Shown here: positions 63,933 to 64,000 of the stretch, piece by piece
How the letters are laid out: each line of letters begins with the position of its first letter
How positions within the stretch are numbered: position 1 is the stretch's first letter
From: Aplysia californica
Taxonomy: Eukaryota
Length of the DNA: 64,000 nucleotides
NCBI RefSeq assembly: GCF_000002075.1
Contig: NW_004797274.1
Location: 2,653,473 to 2,717,472, forward strand
Direction of reading: 5' to 3'
Position numbers and translations under genes: made by a program
Notes under the pieces: generated by a model
Databases searched by the model: none
What the model was told of the DNA's origin: nothing
Seen by the model: the letters and a program-made list of their open reading frames with translations, nothing else

Positions 63933-64000
63933 GTAAGACAACAGATTCCCTGCTGAGAATCAAATTCGCGTGTTATGATTCTGGTGCAAATTTTATCAAT

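Overview
Eukaryotic, intron-rich animal DNA; the repeat landscape is mollusc-like, but the taxon cannot be fixed from sequence alone. There are five N-gaps. Three spliced protein-coding genes lie in tandem on the + strand, and all three act in ER glycosylation or quality control. (1) EOGT, 16 coding exons, 2179-20449, 529 aa, ending KVEL. (2) EDEM1, 12 coding exons, 31598-42209, 595 aa. (3) SLC35B4, the UDP-GlcNAc/UDP-xylose transporter, whose first 5 coding exons (60109-63932) are visible before it runs off the window. All exons were joined by hand at GT-AG sites with consistent reading phase. Between EDEM1 and SLC35B4 is a young 5'-truncated L1/Tx1-type LINE (54682-58387). It has an uninterrupted RT-to-zinc-finger frame, a 15-bp target-site duplication (TSD), a poly(A) tail and a ~1.46-kb 3' region containing a clear three-way-junction RNA fold. 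The rest is two tRNA-headed SINE families, a discrete ~177-bp retroposon sharing its tail with one of them, MITEs (pogo/Tigger-, piggyBac-, Mutator- and hAT-like), decayed LINE fragments, palindromic (TCTAGA)n arrays and microsatellites. Most ORFs in the supplied track are spurious or are exon-plus-intron read-throughs.
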